A DNA stretch of 63,514 nucleotides, counting the filler, from Octopus bimaculoides (taxonomy: Eukaryota), in the NCBI RefSeq assembly GCF_001194135.2. It is 7 parts of 7 records of this genome, joined end to end, with 100 filler letters (N's around TTAATTAATTAA, not from the genome) between each part and the next. Parts side by side here need not be neighbours in the genome. Positions count along the whole stretch, not along the records: positions 1 to 24,158 come from NC_069006.1; positions 24,259 to 41,491 come from NC_068991.1; 5 more parts are not named here. The stretch is one strand, 5' to 3'. This document shows, in pieces, positions 11,909 through 24,363 of the stretch; position 1 is the stretch's first letter, and each line of letters begins with the position of its first letter. The position numbers were made by a program, and so were the translations under genes. The notes beneath the pieces were generated by a model that worked only from the letters and a program-made list of their open reading frames with translations, was not told where the DNA came from and ran no database searches.

Positions 11909-12815
11909 TGAGATGGTATCAAAAAGTTCCAGGACTAGTTACGTTTAATAAAAAACAACTTATTTACCTTAAATCTTAACATCATATCCTTCGAAATAGT
12001 CACCTTGCACAGAAATACACCAGTTCCAGCATTCCTGCCATTGTTGGGATCTGGCATGGAAATCGCTTTCCAAAATTGCGACCTTCTGCAATTCACTCTG
12101 GATCTCGACAGCAGTGTTAAGACGGCCACCTTTGAGCTGCATTTTCCTTTTGGGGAAGAGATAGAAGTCCGCATGTGCTAAATCTGGGGAATGCGTCGGG
12201 TGTGGAAATGATACCTTGTTGTTTTTGGTGAGAAACTCACAAACGAGGAGAGCTCACTGATAAAGAAGTACCTTGTCGTTGTGAAGAATCCAATTATTTG
12301 CACTGCACAGATCCCGTTGCTTTCTCCGAATGTCCTCCTTCAAACACTTCAAAACATCACAGGAGAACTTTCAATTGATGGTTTGGCCCTGGGGGATGAA
12401 TTCTCAATACACAATACCACATTTCCAGGGCTGACACTCATGGGAGGTCTTCCAGATTGCTCATCGTCTTCCAGGGACATTCTTCCACTTTTGAAGAACC
12501 CATGCCACTTGAAACATTACATATGACCCATTGCCTCATTGTCATAAGTTTACTGAAGCATGTTCAATGTCTCTGTAGCAGAATTCCCAAGTTTAACTTT
12601 GGCTTTTTGTTCCTGTCCACGACAAAATCACAGACGACAGCATACATGTGATCACAAAAATTATAAATTTCACAACTTGCAAACTAAACACAGTGATATC
12701 ACTCAGCACACTGTCTCATAAGGGTCACTGCTAGCTCTCACTATGCACGCAACCATGTGCTGCCATCTGTTGGCATGCTACAGAACTAGTCTGGGAACTT
12801 TTTGATACCACCTCG
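11909..12815 (-). mobile_element. Internally deleted mariner element with transposase pseudogene
   Basis: ~30-bp TIRs (GAGATGGTATCAAAAAGTTCCAGGACTAGT; right rev-comp CGAGGTGGTATCAAAAAGTTCCCAGACTAGT, TA flank); fragments KLGNSATETLNML...FKSGRMSLEDDEQSGRP and HPTHSPDLAHADFYLFPK...GDYFEG. Confidence 0.92.
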
Positions 12816-13505
12816 TATATACACACATGCAAATACAACATATATATATATATACACACATGCAAATACAACATATATATATATATATATATACACACAT
12901 GCAAATACAACATATATATACATATATATATACACACACATGAGCACTAAGACATGATGTATGCTAACATAAATTTTTGCCTGATCCTTATTTGGTGCAC
13001 CTCACACTTTTTTGATCAAAACTGCATGTTTTAAACTTGATTATTGCTGATGATGGTCAAAATAGCTTTGATACTTTCAAATCACTCACCTACCACCAAC
13101 CACACTTACCACTTCACCTTACTTCATAATGCTTTCTTTTCTTAATTACTAATGATTTATTCCACCTTCTCACACACCTTCTGCCCCCAATCTTAATTTT
13201 TAAAATATTTTTATTCTTTCCATCTTTGTGAGATAAAATCTAATATATATTTTTTATATTTTATTCAAACTAAATATTTTGATTGTTTTAAAATTGTATT
13301 TTACTCCGCCACCACTTGTTTCCAATTTATCTTTCATTTAATTATAATATAATTCTCTGATATTTCTATTTCTGAGTTTTCAAATTAAAATTTTGCTCTC
13401 TTGCATATTATGTTTCCAGTTATAATATTTGTTGCGCTTTTTGGAATTACAATACATACATACATGTTATATATATATATATATGTGTGTATATATATAT
13501 ATATA

Positions 13506-13725
13506 AGGTTGGTGCATAATTATTGCGTTTTTTTTTCAACAAATTTTATTCAACAAAAACAATAACATTTAACAGAAACATCTTTAAATGGCGGTCTGAT
13601 CATCTGCCAAGCAAATGGGAAGCAGTAATTGAAGTAGATGGTGAATATGCTCCGGAATAATCATTTAAAGATGTTTTTGTTGAATAAAATTTGTTGAAAA
13701 AATGCTGCAATAATTATGCACCAAC

Positions 13726-13729
<4 letters not shown>
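13506..13729 (+). mobile_element. Mariner-derived MITE with long TIRs, inserted in (TA)n
   Basis: ~80-bp inverted arms starting GGTTGGTGCATAATTATTGC; core encodes a mariner C-terminal remnant DHLPSKWEAVIEVDGEYAPE*. Confidence 0.88.
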
Positions 13730-13777
<48 letters not shown>

Positions 13778-14622
13778 ATCTGGTGTGAACAATTGATATT
13801 TAAATTAAAACAGTCCTCTATGTATCATATTTAATGTATTCACAGAGTGCCAATAGACCAGTTATTGTGGTATTTGTCTTATGATAACATCTCTCATGGA
13901 TTTGCCATGTTAAAAACATATCAGATGGAGACAATAATTTCGATACCACGTTCATAGCAACTGGCCTATCTACCGACACTATGTATAAAGTGTGATACAT
14001 AGAGGGATATATATATGTATATTGTAATATGTAATATATATATATTTTAATATAATGTATATATGTATATATCATATACACATATTTCAGCCAGCTAAAT
14101 AATTCTCACATATTTATACGATTTCTAGTTTTGTTTACTATTTTTTCCTTCAGCTATTCTTGTTGCCCCCCCCCAACTTTTTCTTTTTAAATTCCTCCAA
14201 ATTCTGAAGAAGAGAAGGCCCTTTAAAATTTACTTCAAGAAATCCTTATGCATTTATTATCAAAACTAGTTCACTGCAGTTACCAGTAATAATATTCCTT
14301 TTAATGGCATTACTATTCTATAGAATTCTCCTAAACAGCCCAACACCCAATAGTTTTTGTGATATAATTTGTCTACTACCATCCTTATTTTCACATACAA
14401 CACACATCCCCAAGACTTATGGCTGGAATCAAAACTCTTAGAGAATGCTACCAGGCAATGCATTACTGTTATTGGAAATTTCCTTGAGGTGTTAATTGAA
14501 ATTAGTAGAGGCCATTTCTAAATGAAGGTTTCAGATTATGGTTTTAATTAAATTTTTTAAATACATGCAGTAGTTTGAAGTAATTATTAAGATGGGAAAA
14601 GTCAGATCTAATTGTTGTGTAA

Positions 14623-15012
14623 CTCTTTAGCATTCAGATTATGTTTGTGATGTGGAATGCTTATTTATTCATTCATGCATTATCCTGTTGCCTCAAGATT
14701 TCAATGATGTAATTATTTTTAGAACGGCATTGTAGCATAAGTGTAAGAGGCCAGATCTGGCCTGTTTGAACATAAAGCAAGTAGGATACTCTTTTACTTG
14801 TTTCAGTCATTTTACTGCACCCATGCTGGAGCGCCGCCTTTAGTTGAGCAAATCGACCCCAGGACTTGTTCTTTGTAAGCCTAGTACTTATTCTATCGAT
14901 CTCTTTTGCTGAACCGCTAAGTTACGGGGACGTAAACACACCAGCATCGGTTGTCAAGTGACGTTGGGGACACACACACAGACACAAACCTATACACACA
15001 CATACATACATA

Positions 15013-15069
<57 letters not shown>

Positions 15070-15261
15070 TATATACGATGGGCTTCTTTTAGTTTCCGTC
15101 TACCAAATCCACTCACAAGGCTTTGGTTGGCCTGAGGCTATAGTAGAAGACACTTGCCCAAGGTGCCACGCAGTGGGACTGAACCCAGAACCATGTGGTT
15201 CGTAAGCAAGCTACTTACCACACAGCTACTCCTGCGCTTGGCTTATTTAAATGCTAAAGGG
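14623..15261 (-). mobile_element. piggyBac-like MITE interrupted by a family A SINE
   Basis: Left piece CTCTTTAGCATTCAGATT...GTAGGATA (14623-14788), right piece ...TTTAAATGCTAAAGGG (15239-15261). Confidence 0.8.
14788..15238 (-). mobile_element. SINE family A, full-length
   Basis: Complete reverse-complement copy from tail CTCTTTTACTTGTTTCAGTC to head ACCACACAGCTACTCCTGCGC. Confidence 0.95.
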
Positions 15262-15900
15262 TAAACATCACTACTGGAATAACCATGAAATTTAATTTTG
15301 TAGTTAAAGGGTTAATTTCAACTTCGAACTTCTAATCCCACCAAATATTACCAAGAAATGACTATCTCCCTTGTATCGTCTGCTAGAGGACTCTATTGGT
15401 GCACTGTCACTCATCCCTCTTGACTTACTGACCACATTAACCACACACACACACACATCCCAGCCTAAATCTAGCCCTTATATTCATTTACCTCACTTTC
15501 TTTCCATGACCACCACTACATTTTGACCACTTGCTCCCCCAAATATCTACTATAAAATAGAATTGGTATTTTCTGCAAGTCCTGTTGTTTCAATAAACTT
15601 GACATATCTCAGTAAAAAAATAATTTCCAACACGACATTTCTCGACAAAAGATAGATTCATATATAAAACTACTTTTTGTGGTTTAGGTTGATGCAATTT
15701 TGAATGGATAAATCTGATTTCCACAGTAAAGGGGTGAAGGAAGAAGGTGCATAGAATTTACGTATCTGTTTTGAAGATTTCTAATCTTAGGTAGCAAATA
15801 CTCGTGCCTGTTTGTAGCCCCTTTTTACCAATTTCTTCAATGGCACAATCCTGTGTTAATGTATCACTCAGTATATAAGCCATCTTAATTGTTATTGAAA

Positions 15901-16116
15901 CCTTTAGCATTGAAACTGGCTGCAACCAGCCCAAATATTTTACCTGTTTTATCTTCAAACTGGCCAAATCTGGCCTTTCATACCTACCCTACAGTGTCAT
16001 TTTAAAAGTATTCAATCACATCATTGAAATCTCAAAGCTATGAGGTAATGCATAATTAATTCAAAACAGGAATTAATAAGCTTTACATTTGACTAAATAA
16101 TCTAATCGTTAAAGGG
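15901..16116 (+). mobile_element. piggyBac-like MITE, near-complete
   Basis: CCTTTAGCATT...GTTAAAGGG termini. Confidence 0.82.
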
Positions 16117-16384
16117 TTTGATCCTGCTCTAATTTTACGTTCCGTGTAATGGTATTTTTTTCTTTTTTGTTTTTGCATTTTCTCTTCAAAGTTACTTCCT
16201 CATTTCTGTGTAATTTTTTTTAAAAAATGGACCACCTTTTTTTTTTTTTTTTTTTTTTGTCAGACAAAGACAAAACCATCTGAATTTTCCTTAAGACTCC
16301 CCTCAATTCAAGTTGTTTTTTTTTTTTTAATGCCCTCATTAAATAAGGATAAGAAACTGTAATATTAATTATTAATGTGTGTCA

Positions 16385-16600
16385 GAAAGTGGTGAGCTGG
16401 CAGAATCGTTAACACACTGGACGAAATGCTTCGTGGTATTTCTCCCGTTGCTACATTCTGAGTTCAAATTCCACCAAGGTCGACTTTGCCTTTCATCCCT
16501 TCGGGGGGTCAATAAAATAAGTACCAGTTGAACACTGGAGTCGATGTAATCTACACATCCCCACCTTCCCCCAAGCTGCCTTTGTGGCAAAAATTTGAAA
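16385..16600 (+). mobile_element. tRNA-derived SINE family I
   Basis: GGTGAGCTGGCAGAATCGTTA...GAGTTCAAATTCC...GTCGACTTTGCCTTTCATCC...ATAAGTACCAG; tail GTGGCAAAAATTTGAAA. Confidence 0.88.
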
Positions 16601-16786
16601 TAATTGTGTGTCTGAAGAAATATTACAGTCAAGGATGAAATATGAAAGTTAGATTTTTTTTGCTCAATCTTAATTTCCACATTGTTTTCGTTGTTTATTA
16701 TTGTTATCATTTATTTGTATCTATTTTATTTGTTTCTTTTCAAATATATTAATGCAGATTATCTATATGTTTGTGTAAGCATATCA

Positions 16787-16837
<51 letters not shown>

Positions 16838-17049
16838 CAGAGTTAGAGGTTGGAATAAGAATATCTGTTCTTACTACTAGTATCATTTACCTATGTTAAC
16901 CCTGGGTCTGGGAATGCAAGCACACTATGCTCATAGGGTACAGGTAATAACTGAATAAACGAAAGTTTATCTGGAATCAAAATAATTAACCGATGTTGGT
17001 CAATTTCTTTGTTGATCAATAGTTTTCTCCATTTTCTGCTTATTTAAAT

Positions 17050-17094
<45 letters not shown>

Positions 17095-17346
17095 ACATAT
17101 ACAAATACCTATATTCACATGTTCATGTACACATGCATACCTGTACATATGCTCAGATGTATATCTGTCCATATATATTTCATGTGCTTACAAGTGATGC
17201 AAGTTACAAGAATTTACAACCCAGGTCAAACAGAACAAACCAGTCTTAATAGTATCTGTACAGATGGAATCTTAATAGTATCTGTAAGTTTTAGTAGTAT
17301 CTGTACAGATGGAGTTAGTATTGTCTAGCTTGTACAGTCATAGAGT

Positions 17347-18124
17347 TGCATAGTGGAGTCAAACCAAGTAATGATATTTTGAATGCATTTAATATGCACA
17401 TTTCAGATCATTCTGCAATAGATAAAAGGGACTTTCATCTCTTACACAATATCTTCCTCAGATAAGATGTTTCAAAATATGAACCAGTCGATGGAATTTG
17501 CCCTTCACATATGATCAGGGCAGTTTAAGTCACCTACTAGATGAGAGGATGCGATCAGAAGGGGTGGTATATCTAAAGAGAGGGAAATGGAATAGTGAGA
17601 GAAAGGAGAGGAAAAGAGATTGTTTGTGGAAGCAGGGTTGTTGGTGGAGATAGAAGGAACCTGAGTAGACAACATTGAAAGTAGGGAATCCTGGTGGTAT
17701 ATACAGGATAGGTTGATGGGGGGAGGGGGTAGAAAGAAAAGTAGAAACGTAAAATGATAAGAAAACTGGGGAAGGCAAACCAGTGACAGAGTGTAGTATT
17801 CAATCACCTTTTCATTGGCACATTTATTTATTTATTTATTCATTTGGTTGACCCTTTCCTCTTCCCTCCCCCTCTTCCTTTTCCCTCTCTTTAGGCATTC
17901 TACCCTTTCTGGTTATGTCCTCTCCTCATCTTGAAGGCAACTTAAACTGCCCCGAATATATATAAAGGGTGAATTCCATCAATTCATTCATATTTTGAAG
18001 CATCTTAACTGAGGAAAACCTTGTGTAAGAGATGAATCTCTCTTATCTATTGCACAATGTTCTGAAACATGCATATTAAATGCATTCAAAATATCATTAC
18101 TTGGTTTGACTTCATTACTATGCA
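17347..18124. repeat. Long inverted repeat, ~240-bp arms (17347-17587 and 17881-18124), ~295-bp spacer
   Basis: GTCAAACCAAGTAATGATATTTTGAATGCATTTAATATGCA...TAAAGAGAGGGAA recurs as its reverse complement. Confidence 0.92.
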
Positions 18125-18433
18125 CATATATGCACACACACACACAGATACACACATTCATATGTACATGCATACATACACACGCACACATATATACATG
18201 CATACAATATATATATACATACATATGCTTGCATTTATTTATTGCATATTACTGTTATATAGAACAGAATCAAAATAGTTAAAAATAATTCTCTCAGAAA
18301 ACAGAATTATCTTATTTCCATTTTCAAATTTCAATTTAATTTTTATTGTGTTGCTGTGTTTTTTTTATTATTATTATTATTATTGTTGTTGTTATTTCTT
18401 TTGTTTTACTGTTTTCTTATTTTTGTCTGTTCA

Positions 18434-18722
18434 GAATTTTATTTGAAAGATTAGAAAAAAAAAAAAGAAAGAAACAAATCCTAAATAAATAAATGAAACG
18501 TTTTTAATCTCTTTTCTTTCCCTGAAAAAACAAAAAAAACAAAACAAACCAACCATTCCTAAAACCCTCTTGGACCCCTTCCTTTGTTTTTGGAACAAAA
18601 CGAAAAATATTCGGTGCTTTTCCTTGAAGAATTGATTGAGACCAACAGGTGGAGGTACCGAACTCCGCAGCAAAGTTACGTTATTAAGGACCGAAGTTTA
18701 ATGAGAGGAAAAAGTGTGAAAT
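18434..18722 (+). other. Candidate exon: A-rich 5' UTR plus MRGKSVK from ATG 18701, phase 1
   Basis: Strong acceptor TTTTCTTATTTTTGTCTGTTCAG (ends 18433), donor GTGAGT at 18723, T-rich flanks; no homology recognised. Confidence 0.35.
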
Positions 18723-19769
18723 GTGAGTGAATTGTTAATTTGTGTGTTTGTTGCTTGATCTTCATTGATTGATTGATTGGTTTGGATTGTTTTTCTGTTT
18801 TGTTTTTATTGTTATATCTGCTCTTGAGCTGAGAATCTATCAAAGATCAATTATTTGATTGCTAATTTAGCAATTTTGTTGTTTTTGGGAATGCATTTAA
18901 CTAATTGCTAACTCATTAATCACTTCTGCAACTGTGTGTGTTTGCTGAATCTGTATGACTATGTAATTTTTGGGTGCATTAAAGAAAATGAACTTGTTTT
19001 CAAGTTGGTTGTTTAGGATGAGGAAAGCCAAAGAATTCTTTGCCAAAGCATATTGTATTTTCCTCTATAGCAGAGGAGGTTGTTGAGCTATTAAACTTCT
19101 GTACAATCCAGTGCTGTGTAGATCTGTATCAGCCAGGCAGTCCTAAAACACAGGATATAACAAGAATTGGACTAACCTTGTTTACATTCATTTTTGTTAT
19201 GTTCATTAGAGGACAGGGTTTTTGTCATCGCAACAATCATACTAACATTGTTTGCATTCATTTTATAGATAGGTGAGGCATTCTAAAGTGAGGGGAAAAT
19301 CTCTAGTACCTTCCTTTATCATTCACTTTTATTCTGTAATAAAATTTTCAACGGGAGGATGTTAAGAGTTAGATGTGTGCAAATATATTGCAAAATGGCT
19401 TTGCGCTAATTTACAAACCTCTTTTGTAAGCTACAAGGGCTGGTCATATCACTCTGTGATTCAATTTTCCCTAACATTAAATAAACGACAAGCAAATACC
19501 CTCCCACCTCATTAAATCTGACATATTGGAAATCTTCAAGAAACCCATGGAACTGGTGCTTGTTCCCTGTTTTAAAACATTGCATCCCCTAGTTGAATTT
19601 TTCCCTTTAGGAGTTTGATGAGAGTTAAGTAAATGTCTTCAAAAAATCCCTGGAATTGGTACTTTAGAATATTGTACCTCTCAGTTAAATCTGCTATATT
19701 GGGAGTTAACTAAATGTCTCCCAGAAACATGTAGGAATAGTACATGTTCCCCTTTTTTTTAAAATAGTG

Positions 19770-19910
19770 TAGATGTTAGGGAGGGCATCCAGCTATAGAC
19801 ACCATGCCAAAACAGACAAATGGAGTCTGGTGCAGCTCCCCAGCCTGCCAGATTCCATCAAAACCATTCAACTCCTGCCAGTATGGGAAACGGACATTAA
19901 ATGGTGATGA
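19770..19910 (+). mobile_element. Family B retroposon tail
   Basis: GGGCATCCAGCTATAGACACCATGCCAAA...CCAGTATGGGAAACGGACATTAAATGGTGATGA. Confidence 0.75.
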
Positions 19911-20173
19911 GAACTAAATCACCTTTACATCAACAGTAACATTTTCCTTGGAGGATCTGGCACCCGTTTCTCCCTCAGCTTGGATGAAGTGTGGCACTCA
20001 GAATAAACCATTTTTGTCCAAGAAACACAAAGAACAGTGTGCAGCATGACACAAACTTGTTTCACTTCTCATGTGTTAAAGGAAGGAGTCATTACATTGG
20101 TTTTAACATGAATTGGAATCTTCTGGAAATATGTGTGTATTGCATGTCTTGCAACTAAAGTGTTTCTTCATAG

Positions 20174-20212
20174 CTGGCTCGTGTTTTAGTTTACTGTGTG
20201 TGGGTTTGCTAG
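20174..20212 (+). CDS. Candidate 39-nt phase 1-1 exon (GSCFSLLCVGLL)
   Basis: TTTCTTCATAG acceptor, G|GTGAGC donor, in frame with the 18701-18722 exon. Confidence 0.28.
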   Translation: MARVLVYCVWVC

Positions 20213-20624
20213 GTGAGCAAATATTGATATTTGTATGAATTGTTTCAGTTTGAAGTGTCATATCCACATGGCTATTTTATCAGCTGTTGTTTTGTTTTAA
20301 CCCTTATTTCTAACCCTTTTTAACCTACTTTTTCATGCATTTTGTCTGCTGGGGACATTGGAATGAGTTGCTTATTTAGTTCTTGCTCAGTTCAACTGAG
20401 ATGTGTTGTTGTTGTTGAATTCTTCAGTCTCTTTGTGGTTTCAAAGTATATAGAGACAGCCAAAGGAATTTATAGAAAGCGAACTTTTTAGTCTAGCTCT
20501 CTCAGACAACCTTTGTTTTCAAAGCATTAAGCATGTCGCTTTGTGTTGATATTTGCCTTTCAATTGGTGTTTTGCTCATGGCTGTTTTGATTTCAATCTG
20601 GTTGCGATATTATCCAACTTAATT

Positions 20625-20800
20625 TTAAGGCACTGAACTGGCGGAACCATTTGTATGTTGGGTGCAATGCTTAGCAGTATCTTGTGCATCCATATGTTCT
20701 GAGTTCAAATTCCAATGAGGTCAGCTTTGCCTTTCATTCTTTCAGGGTCGATAAGTACCAGTTGAGCACTGGGTTGATATAATCGATTTAACTATTCCTG
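20625..20800 (+). mobile_element. SINE family I, diverged
   Basis: GAGTTCAAATTCC...CTTTGCCTTTCATTC...GATAAGTACCAGTTGAGCACTGG. Confidence 0.8.
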
Positions 20801-21267
20801 GGTATGAATATAAAAAACAAAAAAAATTTGCACCTCTCTGCCAAACCATGTTGAACCAGTGTGGCAGAGTTGGCTCATCACACCAGTAGGATCTCAAGCT
20901 CAAATTCATGGCCTCCACATCAGACTGTGGTTGGTGGAGAGAGCATGCTGAGGTCTTTGTCCTGCATGGGCAATCCAATCCAATCTTAAGGACATGAAAC
21001 ATGCGGTCTCCATTTTAAAATAGCCATAGAGAGGTTATGAATTATCTCTAAGATATAAAATGTCTTCTTTTCTTATATTTGAGATCCTCTACCCTCAACT
21101 CTTATTTCACTCATCACAGGCCCTTAATTATGAGAAACTGTCAGCTAGTGGTTGGTGTTGTTGCTTAGCTCTAGATCATCCCTAATTAAGACATTCCAAC
21201 TATGACAATTCCATTGTTTCCTAAACCTGTCACAACTTTGTCCAATGATGTGTCATTCCTGGTTTAA

Positions 21268-21453
21268 CCTTTTAGCATTTAACCTGGTCACATCCAGCCC
21301 CATCTGGCCCAGATATTCTACCAGGTTTATGTTAATACTGACCAGATCCAACTTCTCACACCTACCCTACAATGTCATTCTAAAAATATACAATCACATC
21401 TTTGATAATCCAGATCGAAGAGAATAAGCAAACATTACATTTGACAGAGTAAT
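21268..21453 (+). mobile_element. piggyBac-like MITE
   Basis: TTAA|CCTTTTAGCATT start and family core. Confidence 0.78.
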
Positions 21454-21468
21454 TGGAGTGATTTTCAG

Positions 21469-21530
21469 CTGCTGTTTTTAGCAGAGCTAGTGACTGCTTA
21501 GACTCTCATTCAGTATTTTTGTTGTGCACA
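21469..21530 (+). CDS. Candidate exon (AAVFSRASDCLDSHSVFLLCT)
   Basis: TTTTCAG acceptor (weak tract), GTGAGT donor at 21531, continues the same frame. Confidence 0.2.
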
Positions 21531-22639
21531 GTGAGTGTGGTTGTATCAGTGTGTGTATGCTGTCTCTGTTGCATATTGATCTGTGTGTGTGTGTGTAAGA
21601 AAAATTATTTTTATAAAGAACAAGATGAAAAGAATTCTTCAGATGGAACCAGCGAAGCATAACTTACAGAGCCTCAGATCATGCCCTGCCCTTCCATCTA
21701 TGACCAAAGCATATAACAAACTTGATAAAAACTTTACTTTAATGTATTTTAGTGTATTTTTTGTTTTGTTTTTATTCATTTTCAGTTATTTTCTTTCTTT
21801 CCTTCTGTATGTTTTTTTTTGTGTGTGTGTGTGTATATAGACATTACACTGTATTATTATGTTGGCTAAAACCTATAGATATAAGAATAATAATAATAAG
21901 AATAATATATGCTAATATTGAACAGTGAGAATGAGAGCTCAATACTGCATTGGTAGATAAATATTCTTTCTACGTCTGCATCTTGGAGACAAGTACCAAT
22001 GTTCACATGTAGCGGGCTTGAAAATTGATAAGAGATTCCTCTTTACATGAAACCATTTGTAGCCTTTAATAACCCACAAATAAAATATATATATATATTT
22101 CAAAAATTTAACAAAAAACACGATAAACGGAAAATTTTCCAAAACATAACAAACAGAAAATTCATGGATAATTCCCCATCAATCAACATCCGAAAGATCA
22201 TTACAATTCACACCTTTAATATATATATATATATATATAAATAAATAACCTTTACAAGAAGAGGTATAACGATGATATTGAAGTTTTGGCCAGTCTGATG
22301 AAAGTGAGCATGCCAAAACTTCGAAGTTACTGTTGACTCCTCTTGAAAAAGAAGAATAGATATGTACCCTATAAAAAGAATTGAGTAATTCTTCAGTTTT
22401 ATGCTTTTATTATAACTCAATATAAAAATGAGCATTTTTATATGTACACACACAAAAATTTTAGATACACGAGTGAGTGTGTGTGTGTGTGTGTGTGTTC
22501 CTATGTTTATGTAGAAAATAGCAAACCTTCACTGGTCACCCCTGCCATTTCCCAAAGGCCCTTGTCTTGTTGATATCCTGTTTTGTTAAAGATATACCAG
22601 TAAATCATCTTGAAAATAACAAGGAACAATTCCTGCAGC

Positions 22640-23130
22640 TTGTCTTATTTCACTCAAATGTATGACATCATAATTTCAACCAAGTGTGCCCTTGTGCCTC
22701 TCATAACATGAACCTTGTGCTTTTATAATATAACATGGGTCCTGTAGTTTTACAGTATAATAATATGGGCCTTGTCCTTTAATTATAGTGTGGGCTTTTG
22801 GCTCTTACTCAACCGTGTGCCTTTTGTGTTCACTCAGGGGTTGGCTCAATGTTTTCCCTTAATTATGACCCTAATGCTTTCACTCAAGTACAGTCTTATA
22901 CCTTATCCTATGGGTGGATCTTAGTTCATTACCAAAACATAGGCCTTATGTCTTCTCTCAAGTATGCGCCATCATATTCCTTTTCTGAAATGTAAGCCTT
23001 ATTTATGCATTCACTCCAGTGTGGGTCTTCGGTCTTTGAGCAAATTGTTTTTATTTGTTTATTGAATTATTTCACTCAAGCATGACTTGAGCTTGAATTA
23101 GTCCTTCACTTAAACAGGACCTCTACTCAA
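22640..23130. repeat. Old degenerate minisatellite (unit about 25-30 bp, TTCACTCAAGTGTGGGCCTTGT-like)
   Basis: Recurrent TTCACTCAA and GGGCCTTGT-like words through the interval. Confidence 0.55.
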
Positions 23131-23405
23131 AATATATTTATACTTTATTATCAAAATTGCAAAAACATTACACAATATCACAAAACCTGCTACTCAGAGT
23201 TTCACGTTCCTGTTCGTCAGACAGTTATTTCCAATCGACGAATGGGATATCCACCAACGAATCGGAACATGAAGCTCTGAGTAGCAGGTTTTGTGATATT
23301 TCGTGATGTTTTTGCAGCTTTAATAAATAATAAAGTATATTACTCTACCTCTGGTATTTGAGTACTATTTTTCCCCACCTTGTTTCACATTTATGTGCTT
23401 ACTCT

Positions 23406-23408
<3 letters not shown>
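23130..23408. mobile_element. Family G repeat with ~85-bp inverted arms, abutting (TA)n
   Basis: ATATCACAAAACCTGCTACTCAGAG versus CTCTGAGTAGCAGGTTTTGTGATAT; 23335-23400 matches the reverse complement of 39895-39965. Confidence 0.8.
23187..23224 (-). ncRNA. Minimal type-I hammerhead-ribozyme-like motif with canonical core
   Basis: CUGU-CUGACGA-ACA-GGAA-CGU-GAA-ACUCUGAGU-A-GCAG: canonical CUGANGA/GAAA/UH, 4-bp stem I, palindromic stem III, one stem II mismatch. Confidence 0.68.
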
Positions 23409-23469
<61 letters not shown>

Positions 23470-24202
23470 GGTTTTGGATCTGACTTGGATGTTAAAAAAA
23501 GGTTGAGAATCACTACCTAGTTACACTTCATCACATTTTGAGCTCAAATCCTACCAGAGCCACCTTGGCTCTCTGTGGGTTAACAAAATGAATAAACTGG
23601 GGGAGAGGGGCTTGATTTGATCATAAGAGCTGCTGTGTACTCTAACACATGGGTCACTCTTCAAAAACACTGCACCCCTCTTCATAACTTGACATTGTTT
23701 CGATCTGCTGGGTGTCAGCACCTTTCTGTATCACTTCACTTCATGCAGTAAAGAGGATTACACTCCACACTACATCCTATACTGCAACAACAGCAGATCA
23801 GACTTTGTTGTACCCCATACACTGCTACACATCAGTTGCACTCTAACTCCACACTCCACTCTTCTCCATACTGCACTCAACACTCCCTCATTCCATCACA
23901 ACAGACCAAGCCTCACTCCAGCACACACTGCTATATTTTTTGCACTACATTCCCACTCCATACCACATCATAACACACCACGTTTCACTCTACCCATACT
24001 ATGCTATTGACCAGTGATCTTATATGGAGCTGTAAGGTCCATATAAGATTTTGTTATTAAAGCTTATCTAGAATAAATTGGCTGTGCTTCTACAAGACAC
24101 ATAAATATTTTATCAATATCTTTTTTATTCAATTCCAAATATTTACGGAGATGTACTCNNNNNNNNNNNNNNNNNNNNNNNNNNNNNNNNNNNNNNNNNN
24201 NN

Positions 24203-24214
24203 TTAATTAATTAA
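24203..24214. other. Artificial scaffold linker TTAATTAATTAA; also at 41536, 46161, 50845, 55008 and 59940
   Basis: Identical palindromic 12-mer with stops in all six frames, centred in 100-bp N gaps. Confidence 0.95.
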
Positions 24215-24283
24215 NNNNNNNNNNNNNNNNNNNNNNNNNNNNNNNNNNNNNNNNNNNNAGAGAGAGAGAGAGAGAGAGAGACC

Positions 24284-24363
<80 letters not shown>

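Noticed and set aside
19905-20000. LNHLYINSNIFLGGSGTRFSLSLDEVW resembling a laminin-G strand
   Set aside because: No acceptor site, starts at a retroposon tail and stops immediately; the resemblance is too short
21583-22453. Exons in the 21.6-22.4 kb unique sequence on either strand
   Set aside because: Several frames are open, but none has both strong splice sites and a recognisable protein
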